From Thecamonas trahens ATCC 50062 (taxonomy: Eukaryota > Protista > Apusomonadida): a stretch of DNA of 64,000 nt. Every line of letters begins with the position of its first letter. The first letter of the stretch is position 1. The notes beneath the pieces were generated by a model that was given only the letters and a program-made list of their open reading frames with translations, did not search any database and was not told the origin of the DNA. The translations under genes and the position numbers were made by a program. The stretch lies in NCBI RefSeq assembly GCF_000142905.1, contig NW_013657676.1:434001-498000 (forward strand), read 5' to 3'. Below, in pieces: positions 45,352 to 56,051 of this stretch.

Positions 45352-46707
45352 ATGGTTCAGAAGACGTTTGTGGTGGCTGTGGGCCTCTTTGTGGTGACGG
45401 CGCTTGTGGCCGAGAGCGCGGCACTCCGCAACGGGCTGACGATGAAGCAGGACGGGCGGGCGGCGTTCTTTGTGGAGAACTTTGGGTACGAGGCCGGTGG
45501 GCATCTAGAGGTCATTGTGCACCCTGGAGTGCGGATGTGGGTGGAGAAGGGGGCGTATGTGTCGCACACGCATCCGATGGGCTTTGTCATTCGCAAGACC
45601 AAGAGCGACTCGGCCGAGTACGTGGACGAGTACGGAACGTCGTGCCTGGCGGACATTGTGCCTGAGGATGCGCGCGAGCGCGACATTGTGTCTCTGGCCA
45701 ACGAGACGACGTGGATTGATGGGGTGCACTACAAGCGGGTCATCCAGCCTGGCGAGGAGGGCCTGTACAACCTGTACTGGTTCAACTGCGCGCCGGCGAC
45801 GCAGGTCTCGCTGACGGTGGACGTGGTGATGTACAACCCTGGCCCCAACTACTTGTCGTCGGGCAAGTCGCCGCTCCCGACGCTCTACGTTCTGTTCACT
45901 TTTGCACACTTTGCGATTGTGGGTGTGCTTGTGATGTTTATGCGGCGGGCGGGTGCGGTGGTGTACAAGGTCCACTACCTGATGGCGGTGGTGGGTGTGC
46001 TCAAGGCGCTCACGCTGCTCACGACCTCACTCCGGTACCACTACATGAAAACGACGGGCCACGGGTCTGGCTGGAACGTAGTCTTTTACATTCTCAAGGG
46101 TCTCACCGGGCTCATGCTCTTTACGCTCATTGCGCTCATCGGCACCGGGTGGGCCTTTGTCAAGCCGTATCTGACGGACCGTGACAAGAAGGTCTTCCTT
46201 GTGGTCATTCCGCTCCAGCTCATCTCGAATATTGCGCTCATCATGGTGGACGAGATGCAGCCCGGCTCGCAGTCGTACCTCACGTGGTACGACATTCTCC
46301 GCATTGTTGACATTGTGTGCTGCGGCGTCATCCTCTTTCCAATTGTATGGTCCATCAAGCACCTGCAGGATGCGTCTGGCACTGACGGTAAGGGGCGTAG
46401 CTCTGCGAGCAAGCTCAAGATCTTCCGCCAGTTCTACATGCTGGTTGTCGCCTGGATCTACTTTACCCGCATCATTGTGTACATGCTCGAGGCCACGGTT
46501 CCGTTCCGCTACATCTGGCTCTCGTATTTTGCCACCCTCGCCTCCACCCTCGCCTTCTACATTGTGGCCGGCTACAAGTTCCGCCCGGTGCCGAACAATC
46601 CGTACCTGGGCCTTGCCGGCGGCTCGGACGTCGAGCTGGAGGATTTTGATGGCGGCGAGATGGGCGACGACGCCGACATCGACATTGACATTGATCTTGG
46701 TGTGTAG
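45352..46707 (+). CDS. GPR107/GPR108 (lung seven-TM) Golgi protein
   Basis: EEGLYNLYWFNC, NYLSSG..PLPTLY, IALIGTGWAFVKP.L.DRDKK and KLKIFRQFY...IYFTRII. Confidence 0.93.
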   Translation: MVQKTFVVAVGLFVVTALVAESAALRNGLTMKQDGRAAFFVENFGYEAGGHLEVIVHPGVRMWVEKGAYVSHTHPMGFVIRKTKSDSAEYVDEYGTSCLADIVPEDARERDIVSLANETTWIDGVHYKRVIQPGEEGLYNLYWFNCAPATQVSLTVDVVMYNPGPNYLSSGKSPLPTLYVLFTFAHFAIVGVLVMFMRRAGAVVYKVHYLMAVVGVLKALTLLTTSLRYHYMKTTGHGSGWNVVFYILKGLTGLMLFTLIALIGTGWAFVKPYLTDRDKKVFLVVIPLQLISNIALIMVDEMQPGSQSYLTWYDILRIVDIVCCGVILFPIVWSIKHLQDASGTDGKGRSSASKLKIFRQFYMLVVAWIYFTRIIVYMLEATVPFRYIWLSYFATLASTLAFYIVAGYKFRPVPNNPYLGLAGGSDVELEDFDGGEMGDDADIDIDIDLGV

Positions 46708-46923
46708 ACCAATAACGTGAAGTAACGACTCGGAGACCTGAACTGGTTTACAGGTAGAGGTACAGGACATGGGGGAGGAGTTCGTTAGGCAAACGACAGC
46801 GAGCAACACTTCGCGCCGGAACGCGAAGACTCGGCCGGGAAAGCAACAACCTCATTCAGAGTCTACAGCAAAGAGGCATCCTTCATAGTAGGCGCAGCTG
46901 GTGTCAAGGAGGTTTGATTAAGA

Positions 46924-48791
46924 ATGACTGTGGGCGCTTGCGTGGCTGGCACGCGTGGAGCCGAGAGCATGTCACGCGGCAGCAAGGGTCCTCGTGCACG
47001 GCGCGAGTCACGTGGCTTGCATGGCTCAAAGTCGGCATTTGCGGCGATGGCGGCGGCAATGGCGCTGATGGTGGCGCTGGCTACGGCGGTGGTCGGAGAG
47101 GTGGCTGTCGTTGCCGAGCGGACCAACTGCGTGGAGCTCAACGGGGCCAATGAGTTTCGACTCTTCTACTCGACGACGCAGAGCAACTCGACGACTGTGG
47201 CGCTGCGGATAGAGGCGCCTGTGAGCGCGGGATGGATCGGACTGGCTCGAATGGCGGGGCCGGGCTCGTCGATGCAGGGCGGGGACTACGCGTTTGCGTT
47301 TGTCACCGACGGCGACGAGCCGTTTCTGCTGCAGGGCTACCGGACCAAGGCGGGATCAGGCGTCATCTCTGTGAATGCAGCGAACGAGACCGATTTGGGC
47401 TCTCCGGTGGTCGAGCGGGTGAACGGCAAGCTGGTGGCGTCGTGGATCAAGCCGCTCGACACGCCCGGTCCAAACGGAGTGGCGTGGGGGGTGGAGTGAA
47501 TCCGCTCGGCTTTGCGCTTGAGCGCGGGACCAATCCGACGGTGGCAGGTCCTGCAGGCAACCTCTTCCACAATGTGGCGTACGGACACGTGACGGTGGAC
47601 TTTTCTGCGGTGTCAACATGCACGCCGCCGCCGCCGGCACCGCCGCCGGCACCGCCATCGCCACCAAGTCCACTCATCAACCTAGACGGCGCGCACCGGT
47701 TTGTTGACGGCGAGTTTAGCATGGAGTTCAAGGTCGACAGCGAGGCAGAGCGAGTCTCGATTGCCCTATCGTCGCCACATGCGAGCGGATGGGTTGGCCT
47801 CTGCTTTACCACGTCGCCCGGGCGGATGGGCCCAGGCCATGCGTTTGTGGGCTACGCTTCGGCTCGGTATTCCCCCGGCTTTGTGGTCTCGCAGCGACTT
47901 AATCCTGCAGTACATCAGATGCCGCAGCCATCGCAGACGCAGTCTGTGCTGGCAACGGCGGGCGCCGTGGTGGACGGGCGGCTGACGATCTCGTTTTCAC
48001 GGTCGATAGCCGCGTCGGGCCCAGGTGACGTGACGCTGCGGAACGAACCGATGGCTGTGGTATGGGCATACTCTGTACAGACGCCCGACGATGGTGATGC
48101 GACGCTGGAATCGCCGTTTGCGCAGCATGGGCGGAGTGAGCACTCGACGTCGGACATCCGGGTGAACTTTTTCACCGGCGAGGTGACGCGCGACGATCTC
48201 CGTGAGCGGGTCATCACCGCGCACGCGTGGCTCATGCTCATTGCTTGGTTTGTCCTTGTCCCCATGGCCATTCTCATTGCGCGTTACGCCAAAGATGCAC
48301 TTGGTGCCAACTGGTTCCGGGCGCACATGGCGCTCAATCTGGTGGCGGTGGCTGCGACCGGTGCCGCCTTTGGCATGGCCGTCTGGTACTCGGTCGAAGA
48401 CTTTGACGGCGCTCACAAGGTGCACAAGATCATCGGCCTTATCATCCTTCTCGCCACCTTTGTCGAACCAATTCTGGGTGAGGTGGCCAATGTGATGTGG
48501 AGCCCGGACCGTGAGGCTACTCCGTGGTTCCCGGATCGCATCCACTGGTGGTTTGGCCGCGCCCTCGTCCTTCTTGCCCTCGTCAACTGCTTCCTCGGAA
48601 TGGACTCCAAGGAGTGGGGCATGCCTGCCTTTGTGGTTGGGGGAGTTGTTGTCGGCGTCATTGCCCTCACCTTTGCCGCGCTTGAGGCCACGGTCGGCAA
48701 GATCGTGCACGGCAAGATGCGCGCCGAGGAGCAGCTTCTAGTGCCTGCTGATGGGAGCGGCGGTGGCCATCGACAGCAATATGGCGAGTGA
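46924..48791 (+). CDS. DOMON-DOMON-cytochrome b561 ferric-reductase-like protein; 1-nt frameshift in G-run near 47490; start uncertain (46924/46969/47047)
   Basis: Two DOMON-like segments (GWIGL...SMQGGD...H and GWVGL...RMGPGH...QH); b561 histidines AHAWLM, RAHMALN, VHKIIG and IHWWFGR. Confidence 0.85.
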
Positions 48792-49060
48792 CGACCATCA
48801 TTGAATGCTTCCGCCACACGTTGGCGAGTGTGTCTTGTGTCTTTGCATAGCGGGCACGATGGGGGGGGGGGGGGGGGCGGTTGACGAAAGGCTATTGAGC
48901 AGGATGCAACATCGCGTTTTCGGGATTGCGCTCTAATAGCGCTCCTAGCGCGCTCCCCAGAGCGCTCTCTGTAGCAAGTGTGCTCCCGGAACAGTCCTGG
49001 GCGCCAGCGTTCTGCGACCGTTCCCGGAACGCTATCCCCAGACGGGATGAAACACCTACA

Positions 49061-49210
49061 ATCATAACAAAATGCGATAAAACTCGCAAATATATTCATT
49101 TTGTATAAAATATACTGTAAAATTTAAAGATGTTTTGAATTGTGATACGTGTGTGTAATAAACATATAAAAATAATTTGGTGTTTATATATTTTTATGGT
49201 TTAGATGCGT
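49061..49210. other. AT-rich island (117/150 = 78% A+T) between convergent genes
   Basis: Direct base count; surrounding DNA is GC-rich. Confidence 0.9.
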
Positions 49211-49532
49211 GCAACGTTTCAGCAGCCTGATCATTGAAGTCGTGTTTTCATGTAGGCGAGCACTCCCTCCCCCCTCCCCCCCCAAAGGCTTCAAGAAGCT
49301 CTCCTGTATAGCTTTACGTGCAAGTCCTAGCTTGGGCGATGACAATCATCGCCACACGACCATCCGAAAGTCGTGCAGCGATCACATGCCGCATGGGCGA
49401 CAGTTCGGCGAACTGCCCTCCGAGGCTCGCCGGCACTGACGGCAAACTTTGAAAGGCGCTCAGCGTCGCTAATGTGGCAGCGACTGCTACGGTGAGTCAC
49501 CGGATGCGGCTTCCTGCTTCATGCAAGCTCGC

Positions 49533-50792
49533 TCACCCTGCATCTCCGTGCTCATCAGCCTCGCGTTCCTCATGAATCCCAGACGCAACACCATACCGAC
49601 GATAGACGCCCCGCGCAGCAGCAGCCTCCATCGCTGCTCGACGCTTCTTCGAAGACGCAGCCGCCCACACACGTTCGCTGCGGCTCGTCACCCTGGCCAC
49701 GCCCGAGCCCGGAAGGCGGGCCACGCTACCGCTCATCTTGGCCTCGATGTACAGCCCACGCCAGGTATGCGAGCGCTGGGTATGGAAGGCTTTGCAGGCA
49801 GCGAGAAGCACGTCGGCAGAGTCGACATCGCGTGCAACATAAAACTTGAACAGATCGAACCACAGTGTGTTGTCGGCTGCAATGCGTCGCAAGACACGAC
49901 ACGCTCCGCTAGCCCGCAGCAAGTCCGGAACATCGAGCCAGCCCAAGATCGCAAGCAGCAGCTCGTCGGGCATGTCCAGCAGCGAGAGCGCGCTTGATCC
50001 ACCGTCCGAGACCTCACCGCTGCTCGGACTCCTCGGCCTGCTCGGCCTGACCCCACCTCCACGCCGGAGCAAGAGCCCAGAGACCGAGGGCGGATCGTCC
50101 GAGTAGCTCGCGACCGTGACCTTGACCGGGATCACGCTTCGCGTCACATGCCAACCCTCCCACTCAAAGTCGTGGGTGGCGTTGCCGTAGCAGCAATAGC
50201 AAAAGTCGAGGCACCAGTACCCCTGCTCATCATTGTCATCTGCTTGGTCTTCAAGCGTCGTGGAAGTCATCCCAAATCGCGACGCCAGGCAGTGCACAAT
50301 CTTGCGGTGAAACGACGACTTGGGAGTAAACATCCGGAACAACGATCTCGCCCCCGTGCCTGCAATCCACGCGGCGCCTAGCTCGCGCAATGCAGCCTCG
50401 ACCGCTAGTACGTACGGGTGGTGCGCGGTAGTGAGAACCTCGGCCAGAAAGTCGTCATCACGGGTACCGACCGAAACATATGGCCGCGTCGGGCAGACGA
50501 ACGCAGCTCGATCGCTCGCCGAAAAGGGGCATGGAACATCCTGCGGCTCGCAGCTCGGGAACTTGATTGTCACGGTCCGCTTCTCTGGCCAGTCTTCGAT
50601 CCCATACACCAGCCGCGCTTCCGGGTCGGTCACAACCTCGCCGTCGACCGCAACTCGCCCGCTGGTCACCAGCGCCTTGACAAGATCAGCTCGCCCGCCC
50701 CACAAAGCCGTGACAAACCAATGCAGAGTCATCCCAGACATGCACAACTTGTTTGCGCGCCACCGTGCCTCCATGCTGCTTGAAGCTGCCAT
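49533..50792 (-). CDS. S4-like + R3H + F-box protein
   Basis: ALVTSGRVAVDGEVVTDP (S4-like); FTPKSSFHRKIVHCLASRFGMTS (R3H, RxxxH); LLDMPDELLLAILGWLDVPDLLRASGACRVLRRIAADNTLW (F-box). Confidence 0.82.
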   Translation of the reverse strand: MAASSSMEARWRANKLCMSGMTLHWFVTALWGGRADLVKALVTSGRVAVDGEVVTDPEARLVYGIEDWPEKRTVTIKFPSCEPQDVPCPFSASDRAAFVCPTRPYVSVGTRDDDFLAEVLTTAHHPYVLAVEAALRELGAAWIAGTGARSLFRMFTPKSSFHRKIVHCLASRFGMTSTTLEDQADDNDEQGYWCLDFCYCCYGNATHDFEWEGWHVTRSVIPVKVTVASYSDDPPSVSGLLLRRGGGVRPSRPRSPSSGEVSDGGSSALSLLDMPDELLLAILGWLDVPDLLRASGACRVLRRIAADNTLWFDLFKFYVARDVDSADVLLAACKAFHTQRSHTWRGLYIEAKMSGSVARLPGSGVARVTSRSERVWAAASSKKRRAAMEAAAARGVYRRYGVASGIHEEREADEHGDAG

Positions 50793-51065
50793 TTCCTGTC
50801 CCACCGTATCCGTCCACCGACTCTTGTCAGGTGGCAGGAGGAGTGTGCCCGAGTCCAACGCTGGGCTGCGGCGGCCCGTTCACTCTTCTTCCATTGCCCC
50901 TTCCTTGTCACCAAACTCGGTCGACAGAAAACAGGGACGCAGCTAGCCAGGTCTGTGCTACACACCTGTCCCACTACCCCACCCCCCCCCCCCCCCACCC
51001 CCCCCACCCCCACCCCCAACACACACACACACACACACAAGACCACACACACCACACCGCTATAC

Positions 51066-51860
51066 ATGTCGTCTTCGTCACGGCCACCTTCCGGCACGCT
51101 CAACGAGCTCATGCTCCAGGCGGAAAGGGCTATCCTGTGGAGTGCCGTGGGCGAAGAGTGGCGAGAGATTCGGGCACCGTGGGTCGACGCCTGCTCCTCG
51201 GCGTCGTCGCCGCAGGCGCTCGCCGAGCTCCTTGTCGCACTCGGACGCTCCATGCGGCCGTCAGTCATGCACTCGCGCTGGCCCCGCATGTTGCCCAAGT
51301 GGGAGTCCAAGCTCGGCTTAGCCTCGTCGTACTCGGACGTCTCACGCATGCTCCTCGCTCTCGAGATGAACATCGACTGGAACCAGGCGACCAAGTCGAG
51401 CCGATTCCGCTCGGGCTCGTCACGCGACGAGTGGCGTTCCCGTGTCCGATCGGCCTCATCCTCGACAGGCGCATCAGGTTCCAAGCCCTTTTCGTTTGGC
51501 ACATTGTCGGCCAAGCCTCCGCGAACCTTTGATGACTCCTCGCGCTTTCTCGCCCATGGTGACATGAAGACCGGCTACCTCCCTCCCTCCGCCCCGGTCT
51601 CCAAGAAGAAGCTCCGCAAGCAATCCGCCGGTGAACGCAAGCCTCTGAGCTTTGGTCACCCAGCAAGTGGGGAGCAGGCTCTCGCCGTTCCACAGCTTTC
51701 TCGCTCCGGTGGTTCGTCATCAGCTGCCACCGACCGCACCTCGGCCTCGCGCTCGCCACTCCTGGCTCTGCGCCGCACCCAGTCGACGTTTTGCAACTCG
51801 GCTGCCCGTCGCACCTTTGTCCAGGCCCTTGTCCTCTCGTCGCTTGTCGATCCCACATGA
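51066..51860 (+). CDS. Hypothetical protein with tandem WHIM/WSD-like helical motifs
   Basis: WREIRAPWVDAC..ASSPQALAELLVAL and WPRMLPKWESKL..ASSYSDVSRMLLALEMNIDW. Confidence 0.6.
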   Translation: MSSSSRPPSGTLNELMLQAERAILWSAVGEEWREIRAPWVDACSSASSPQALAELLVALGRSMRPSVMHSRWPRMLPKWESKLGLASSYSDVSRMLLALEMNIDWNQATKSSRFRSGSSRDEWRSRVRSASSSTGASGSKPFSFGTLSAKPPRTFDDSSRFLAHGDMKTGYLPPSAPVSKKKLRKQSAGERKPLSFGHPASGEQALAVPQLSRSGGSSSAATDRTSASRSPLLALRRTQSTFCNSAARRTFVQALVLSSLVDPT

Positions 51861-52014
51861 TGACGAGCTTCCCGCAAGCTGAAACACCGAAGACTCGGCA
51901 AGTCACATCCGTCCACTGGCTGTCGATGTTTCTCTCTCTCCCTCGAGCTGCGTTTACTATGCTCGCGCAACTGTTGCAAGGATAAAAAGTATGTGGAAAA
52001 TGATGACAGGAACC

Positions 52015-53776
52015 TTAAGCCTCAGCCTCGACGTACATCGGGTTCGACCGCTTGTTGAGCGGATCGTCGTAGAGCGGCGAGCCAGTGAGGGTCGAGTCGG
52101 CGTTGGCATCCTCGTCGAGCTTGCGCTGGAGGTACGCCTCGGACGACTTATACTTCTTGACGGCAAAGATGACACCAATGACCGCAATGATGAGGACAAG
52201 GACGCCGACCGCCGACGAGAGACCGATGATCGTGCTGAGGTCCCTCTTCTTGGCCTGCTGCGGCGGGAGGAAGTAGTAGTTGCACTCCTTCTGCACAGCC
52301 TTCTGCGTCGAGGCGTCGAGCGTCTCGTTGCAGATCTTGGCGTACGTCGACGACGGCGAGAACATAAGCTCACAGTCGTTAGGCTCGCGGCAGTGGACGC
52401 ACTCGCCGTCAAGGCAGTACGCGCCATCGCACTGCTCCGGGCAGGTCTGCAGCGGCTCGGGGAGGATGGCGTTGGGAGACGGAGCGGCGCCGAGGACAAT
52501 GGCAAACTGGCACAGGCGCAGGCCGTGGTTGGAGACGCACGTCGGCTGGAGAAGGCCATCGACCTCACCCACAATTGCCGCGCAATGCGAGTCGCGAATG
52601 CACTGCTGGCACGTGTTCGTGCCGAGATCGCAGTGGTACGACCGTGAGCAGTCGGCAGAGGTCTGGCACGTGCCCGGGCCGGTCATCGTCGAGCCGAACC
52701 ACGAGACAGGGTGCGAACCACCACCGTTCGTGCCACCATCGGTGGCCGAGCCGGCAGCAATGTCGTACGTGAACTGCGGCGTCTGCACAGGCTGGAATAC
52801 ACGCTTGGGGTGGACGCCGTGCTCGCGCACGTAGTCCTCGTCCGGCAGATCAAGGAGGCCCTGGTTAGAGCACGGCGGCACGCCGCCAAACTCGTCAGCA
52901 ACACCCTCCTTGTTGCACACGTTGATGTCACCCGACCGCTCGTAGTACGACGTCACCGTCGTGAAGCAGATGAACGTCACCTCGCGCGAAGCGTTGAGGA
53001 TCCAGTCCGCCGGGTTAAAGTCGTTGACCTTGCCGTAGAAGCCGGCAAGCATGTCGACCGCAGACGCGGCGTCGATGAGCAGCGTCCGGACGTAGTCCTT
53101 GACGTTGATCGACGGAGCAAGGTTGAACTTGTCGAGCGTCCGGAGCTTGACACCGTTCTCAATGTCCCACACGATGAACTCAACATGCTGGATGTCGGCG
53201 ATCGTGGAAGTCAAACGGCTTTGACCACAGTCGCACCGGCGTTTGTTCTGATCCGGCACAGACGCCGAGATGGTGTCCTGCTGGTTCTTGACCGCAACGC
53301 CACACGCGCAGTCCTCGGGGTTATCGATCTTGAACATCTCCATGTCGACGTATATCGCCGCAGGAAGCTTGTCGTTAGCAGCCCTCCTGAACAGACTTCG
53401 TCGCCTCAGTGGGCGGCACACGGCAGAGCACAATGCCACGCGTGGTGACAAATGTCTGCGGGTCAACCAGGTCGTCGATGTCGACCACGTTGCCGTCCTG
53501 CGGCGGAGGCTGTTTTAGCAGCGGCAGTGCCGCCGGTGGAGGAGGAGATGTCGGCGGAGGCCACGTCGGTGGGGGAGGAGACGGCGGCGGTGACGGAGGC
53601 GGCGACGGCGGCGGTGGCGGCGGCGGCGAGGGAGCAGGCGTCGGTGCCGGCGTCGGCGAAGGCGTGGGAGGCGGCGGGCGGCGGCGTCGGCGACGGCGAC
53701 GAGAGCAAGCGTCAACAGGATCAAACACAATGGCCAGAACAACAAGGGCCACGAGGACCACCTTAATGACCTTCAT
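52015..53776 (-). CDS. Type I membrane protein: signal peptide, Arg/Pro-rich stalk, Cys-rich ectodomain, TM, integrin-beta/Sib-like SPLY...NPMY tail; +1 frameshift near 53383
   Basis: The MKVIKVVLVALVVLAIVF frame ends QEGC*; removing one G gives QEAANDKLP into the 52015 ORF. Repeats CQTSADC..C..C and CxxDxxC; TM IIGLSSAVGVLVLIIAVIGVIFAV. Confidence 0.78.
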
Positions 53777-53827
53777 CTGTTTGTTCACTGACTCGATTCC
53801 CCCATTGATAAGTGGATACCTCTCACA

Positions 53828-53927
53828 NNNNNNNNNNNNNNNNNNNNNNNNNNNNNNNNNNNNNNNNNNNNNNNNNNNNNNNNNNNNNNNNNNNNNNNNN
53901 NNNNNNNNNNNNNNNNNNNNNNNNNNN
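53828..53927. other. Assembly gap (100 N)
   Basis: Run of N. Confidence 1.
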
Positions 53928-54458
53928 TCCCTCGCTCGATCATCCCTTCGAGCGTTTGTGGTCTTTGCCTTTCGCATCGTCCCATTTGGCCCCCCACCCC
54001 CCCTTCAAAAGCTCACGTGCGGCACGTGCCATGGCGAGGTCGCGCCGAAAAACGAGACTTGCGAAAAAAAACGGCCCATCGAACATCGACACGCGCAAGG
54101 CAGCTCCCGAACCCCTTCACCCACTACAGGCAACAACACACAGCAAGAGCTGGTCACCCCCGGCTCTCAGGCCTGCGTCCCGCCTTGGCCAGCCGCACCC
54201 ACAATGGGACCAGCATGCCGCAAACAGTAGCCAGAAAATAAGCCACACTCTGCTGCAAAAGCTTGCAAAGCCGCCGCACCCGACGTCACAACGTACAATT
54301 GAAGAAAAGCGAATGCGTTTCCCTCAGATTCGTACCAATCCGTCACAGCCGCCTAGCCCCCGCACGCGTGCCGACTCGTAGCGATCGAGCACGTGCCTGA
54401 ACAGTTCAGGTCACCGCCGACACACCCTCCACACTCGCCACCGCCACGCAGACACCCA

Positions 54459-55658
54459 TCACGCAAGTGATGCAGCCACCGTTCGCAACGCATCAAGCCG
54501 CGCAAGCAGCTCGGCAAAGTCAAAGACGCCTACGTTGAGCCGCAGCGGGTCCTCCAACAACAGCCCGTCCACATCCGGCGCCCAGAGCCTGCACAGCTCA
54601 CACCACTCGTCCACATGGCTCATGAGACCGACACACCGGAGGCCAAAAATCTGCTCGGCAGCCAGCTCGTGAACGCCGCCTCCATTCAAGTGCTCCTCCA
54701 TTGGCTCGCACACGCAGAATCGGAGAACTTGGTGCAAGGCGATCTGCGCCGCAACTAGCTCGCCTTCACTGCTGCCGCCGCTGCTTCCGCCAAACACGCC
54801 CGCCTCGGCCCATGGCCGTGGCGAGAGTAGCGCCACCAGCGAGACCACAATCGACTCGAGCGTCGACGACGGCGTCCAAACCGGTCCACGCCCCTCCCAT
54901 CCTGGACAGTTGCCGAGGACAGGAAGTGCCAACGGCTGTGGCGGCCGCAGATGCGGATGCACCACTGCCCCGCTTCCGGCTCCAGTCACCAGCGTCACTC
55001 CGGGTGCACTCCACGGATAGTCGGCTGGAAAGATGACGTCAAACTCGAGCCAGACGCCCGCAAACACCGCACCATCCCCGGCCCGCCCCTCACTCCCCGC
55101 AACCCACACCTTGACCACATCGTCAGCCTCCTTGCTCCGCTCTACTCGCACGTTCTTGTACTTGAGCTTGCGCACTCGCGTCACGTCCAGCTCGACTCGT
55201 CGCGATGCCTGCGCAGAAAGCCGCGGCCGCAGCCGGGCTTCGCTCGCCACCCGCTCGATGAGCGACTCGGCCACGGCAGCGTCCAGTTGCACCGCAGACG
55301 ACGATGATGACGACGAGTCAGCTCTGCTGGCCCCCTCGCCCTTACCTTCACTACGCGACACTGCCGCAAGCGCCTCCAGCAACGACTCGCGGCCCATTAG
55401 CGAGACCGCCGTGGGCGACGGCGGCGGCGGCGTCGAGGTCAGTAGGCCCCGGTTCGAGCTCATCGCCACACCTCCGACATCCGTCTGGAGTGCCATCCCT
55501 CCGCCGCCCGCACCCACAAGCTCTCCATTCAGCTCTCGGTGGAGCTGCAGTGCGACCTCGCGGTCTCCCCCAGCTCTCCCGACAGCCATCGTCTCCCTGC
55601 TTCCTCCTGCACAGCTGCTCGGCCCGGCGCCGCTCAGGCCACCTGGGTCCTTGTCCAT
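54459..55658 (-). CDS. UBE2Z(USE1)-like ubiquitin-conjugating-fold protein lacking the canonical catalytic Cys
   Basis: FDVIFPADYPWSAP.V...HPHL...LALPVLG...W.P..TLESIVVSL; C-terminal HQVLRFCVC and DP....GVFDFAELLARL resemble the UBE2Z extension. Confidence 0.7.
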   Translation of the reverse strand: MDKDPGGLSGAGPSSCAGGSRETMAVGRAGGDREVALQLHRELNGELVGAGGGGMALQTDVGGVAMSSNRGLLTSTPPPPSPTAVSLMGRESLLEALAAVSRSEGKGEGASRADSSSSSSSAVQLDAAVAESLIERVASEARLRPRLSAQASRRVELDVTRVRKLKYKNVRVERSKEADDVVKVWVAGSEGRAGDGAVFAGVWLEFDVIFPADYPWSAPGVTLVTGAGSGAVVHPHLRPPQPLALPVLGNCPGWEGRGPVWTPSSTLESIVVSLVALLSPRPWAEAGVFGGSSGGSSEGELVAAQIALHQVLRFCVCEPMEEHLNGGGVHELAAEQIFGLRCVGLMSHVDEWCELCRLWAPDVDGLLLEDPLRLNVGVFDFAELLARLDALRTVAASLA

Positions 55659-56051
55659 GCCACACCTGCTTACTCGCCGGCTGCTTCCGTCTGCACACTC
55701 TCTCACACACGACACGCAAACGCAAACACGTCACGTTGCAAGTCGGCTGTGCGCAAGTACTGCTCCCACGTCTTCGAAACTTGGAGAGAGCATGCGACCG
55801 TGAGCCGTCCGGCGGCCACCCGGGCAAAAAGGCCGAACCTCCGCACACCCACCGACCACGCGCTCGCTCACCGTGACCACTACCTCTCCCTGCCCCGCCT
55901 GGCCGTTACCGCCTCGCGCCCGAAACCCCACGGGCCACTCTACAGTGGCACGTACTTCAACGCTCCGCACAACGACCTGCCGCTACCTCACCGCCGCTGC
56001 CATCCCGTTTGTCCACCCTAGCCCCAACCCCCTCTACTGCCCGTGCTCAAC

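Noticed and set aside
54031-54381. Basic ORF just after the N gap
   Set aside because: No codon bias or motif; adjacent to a gap.
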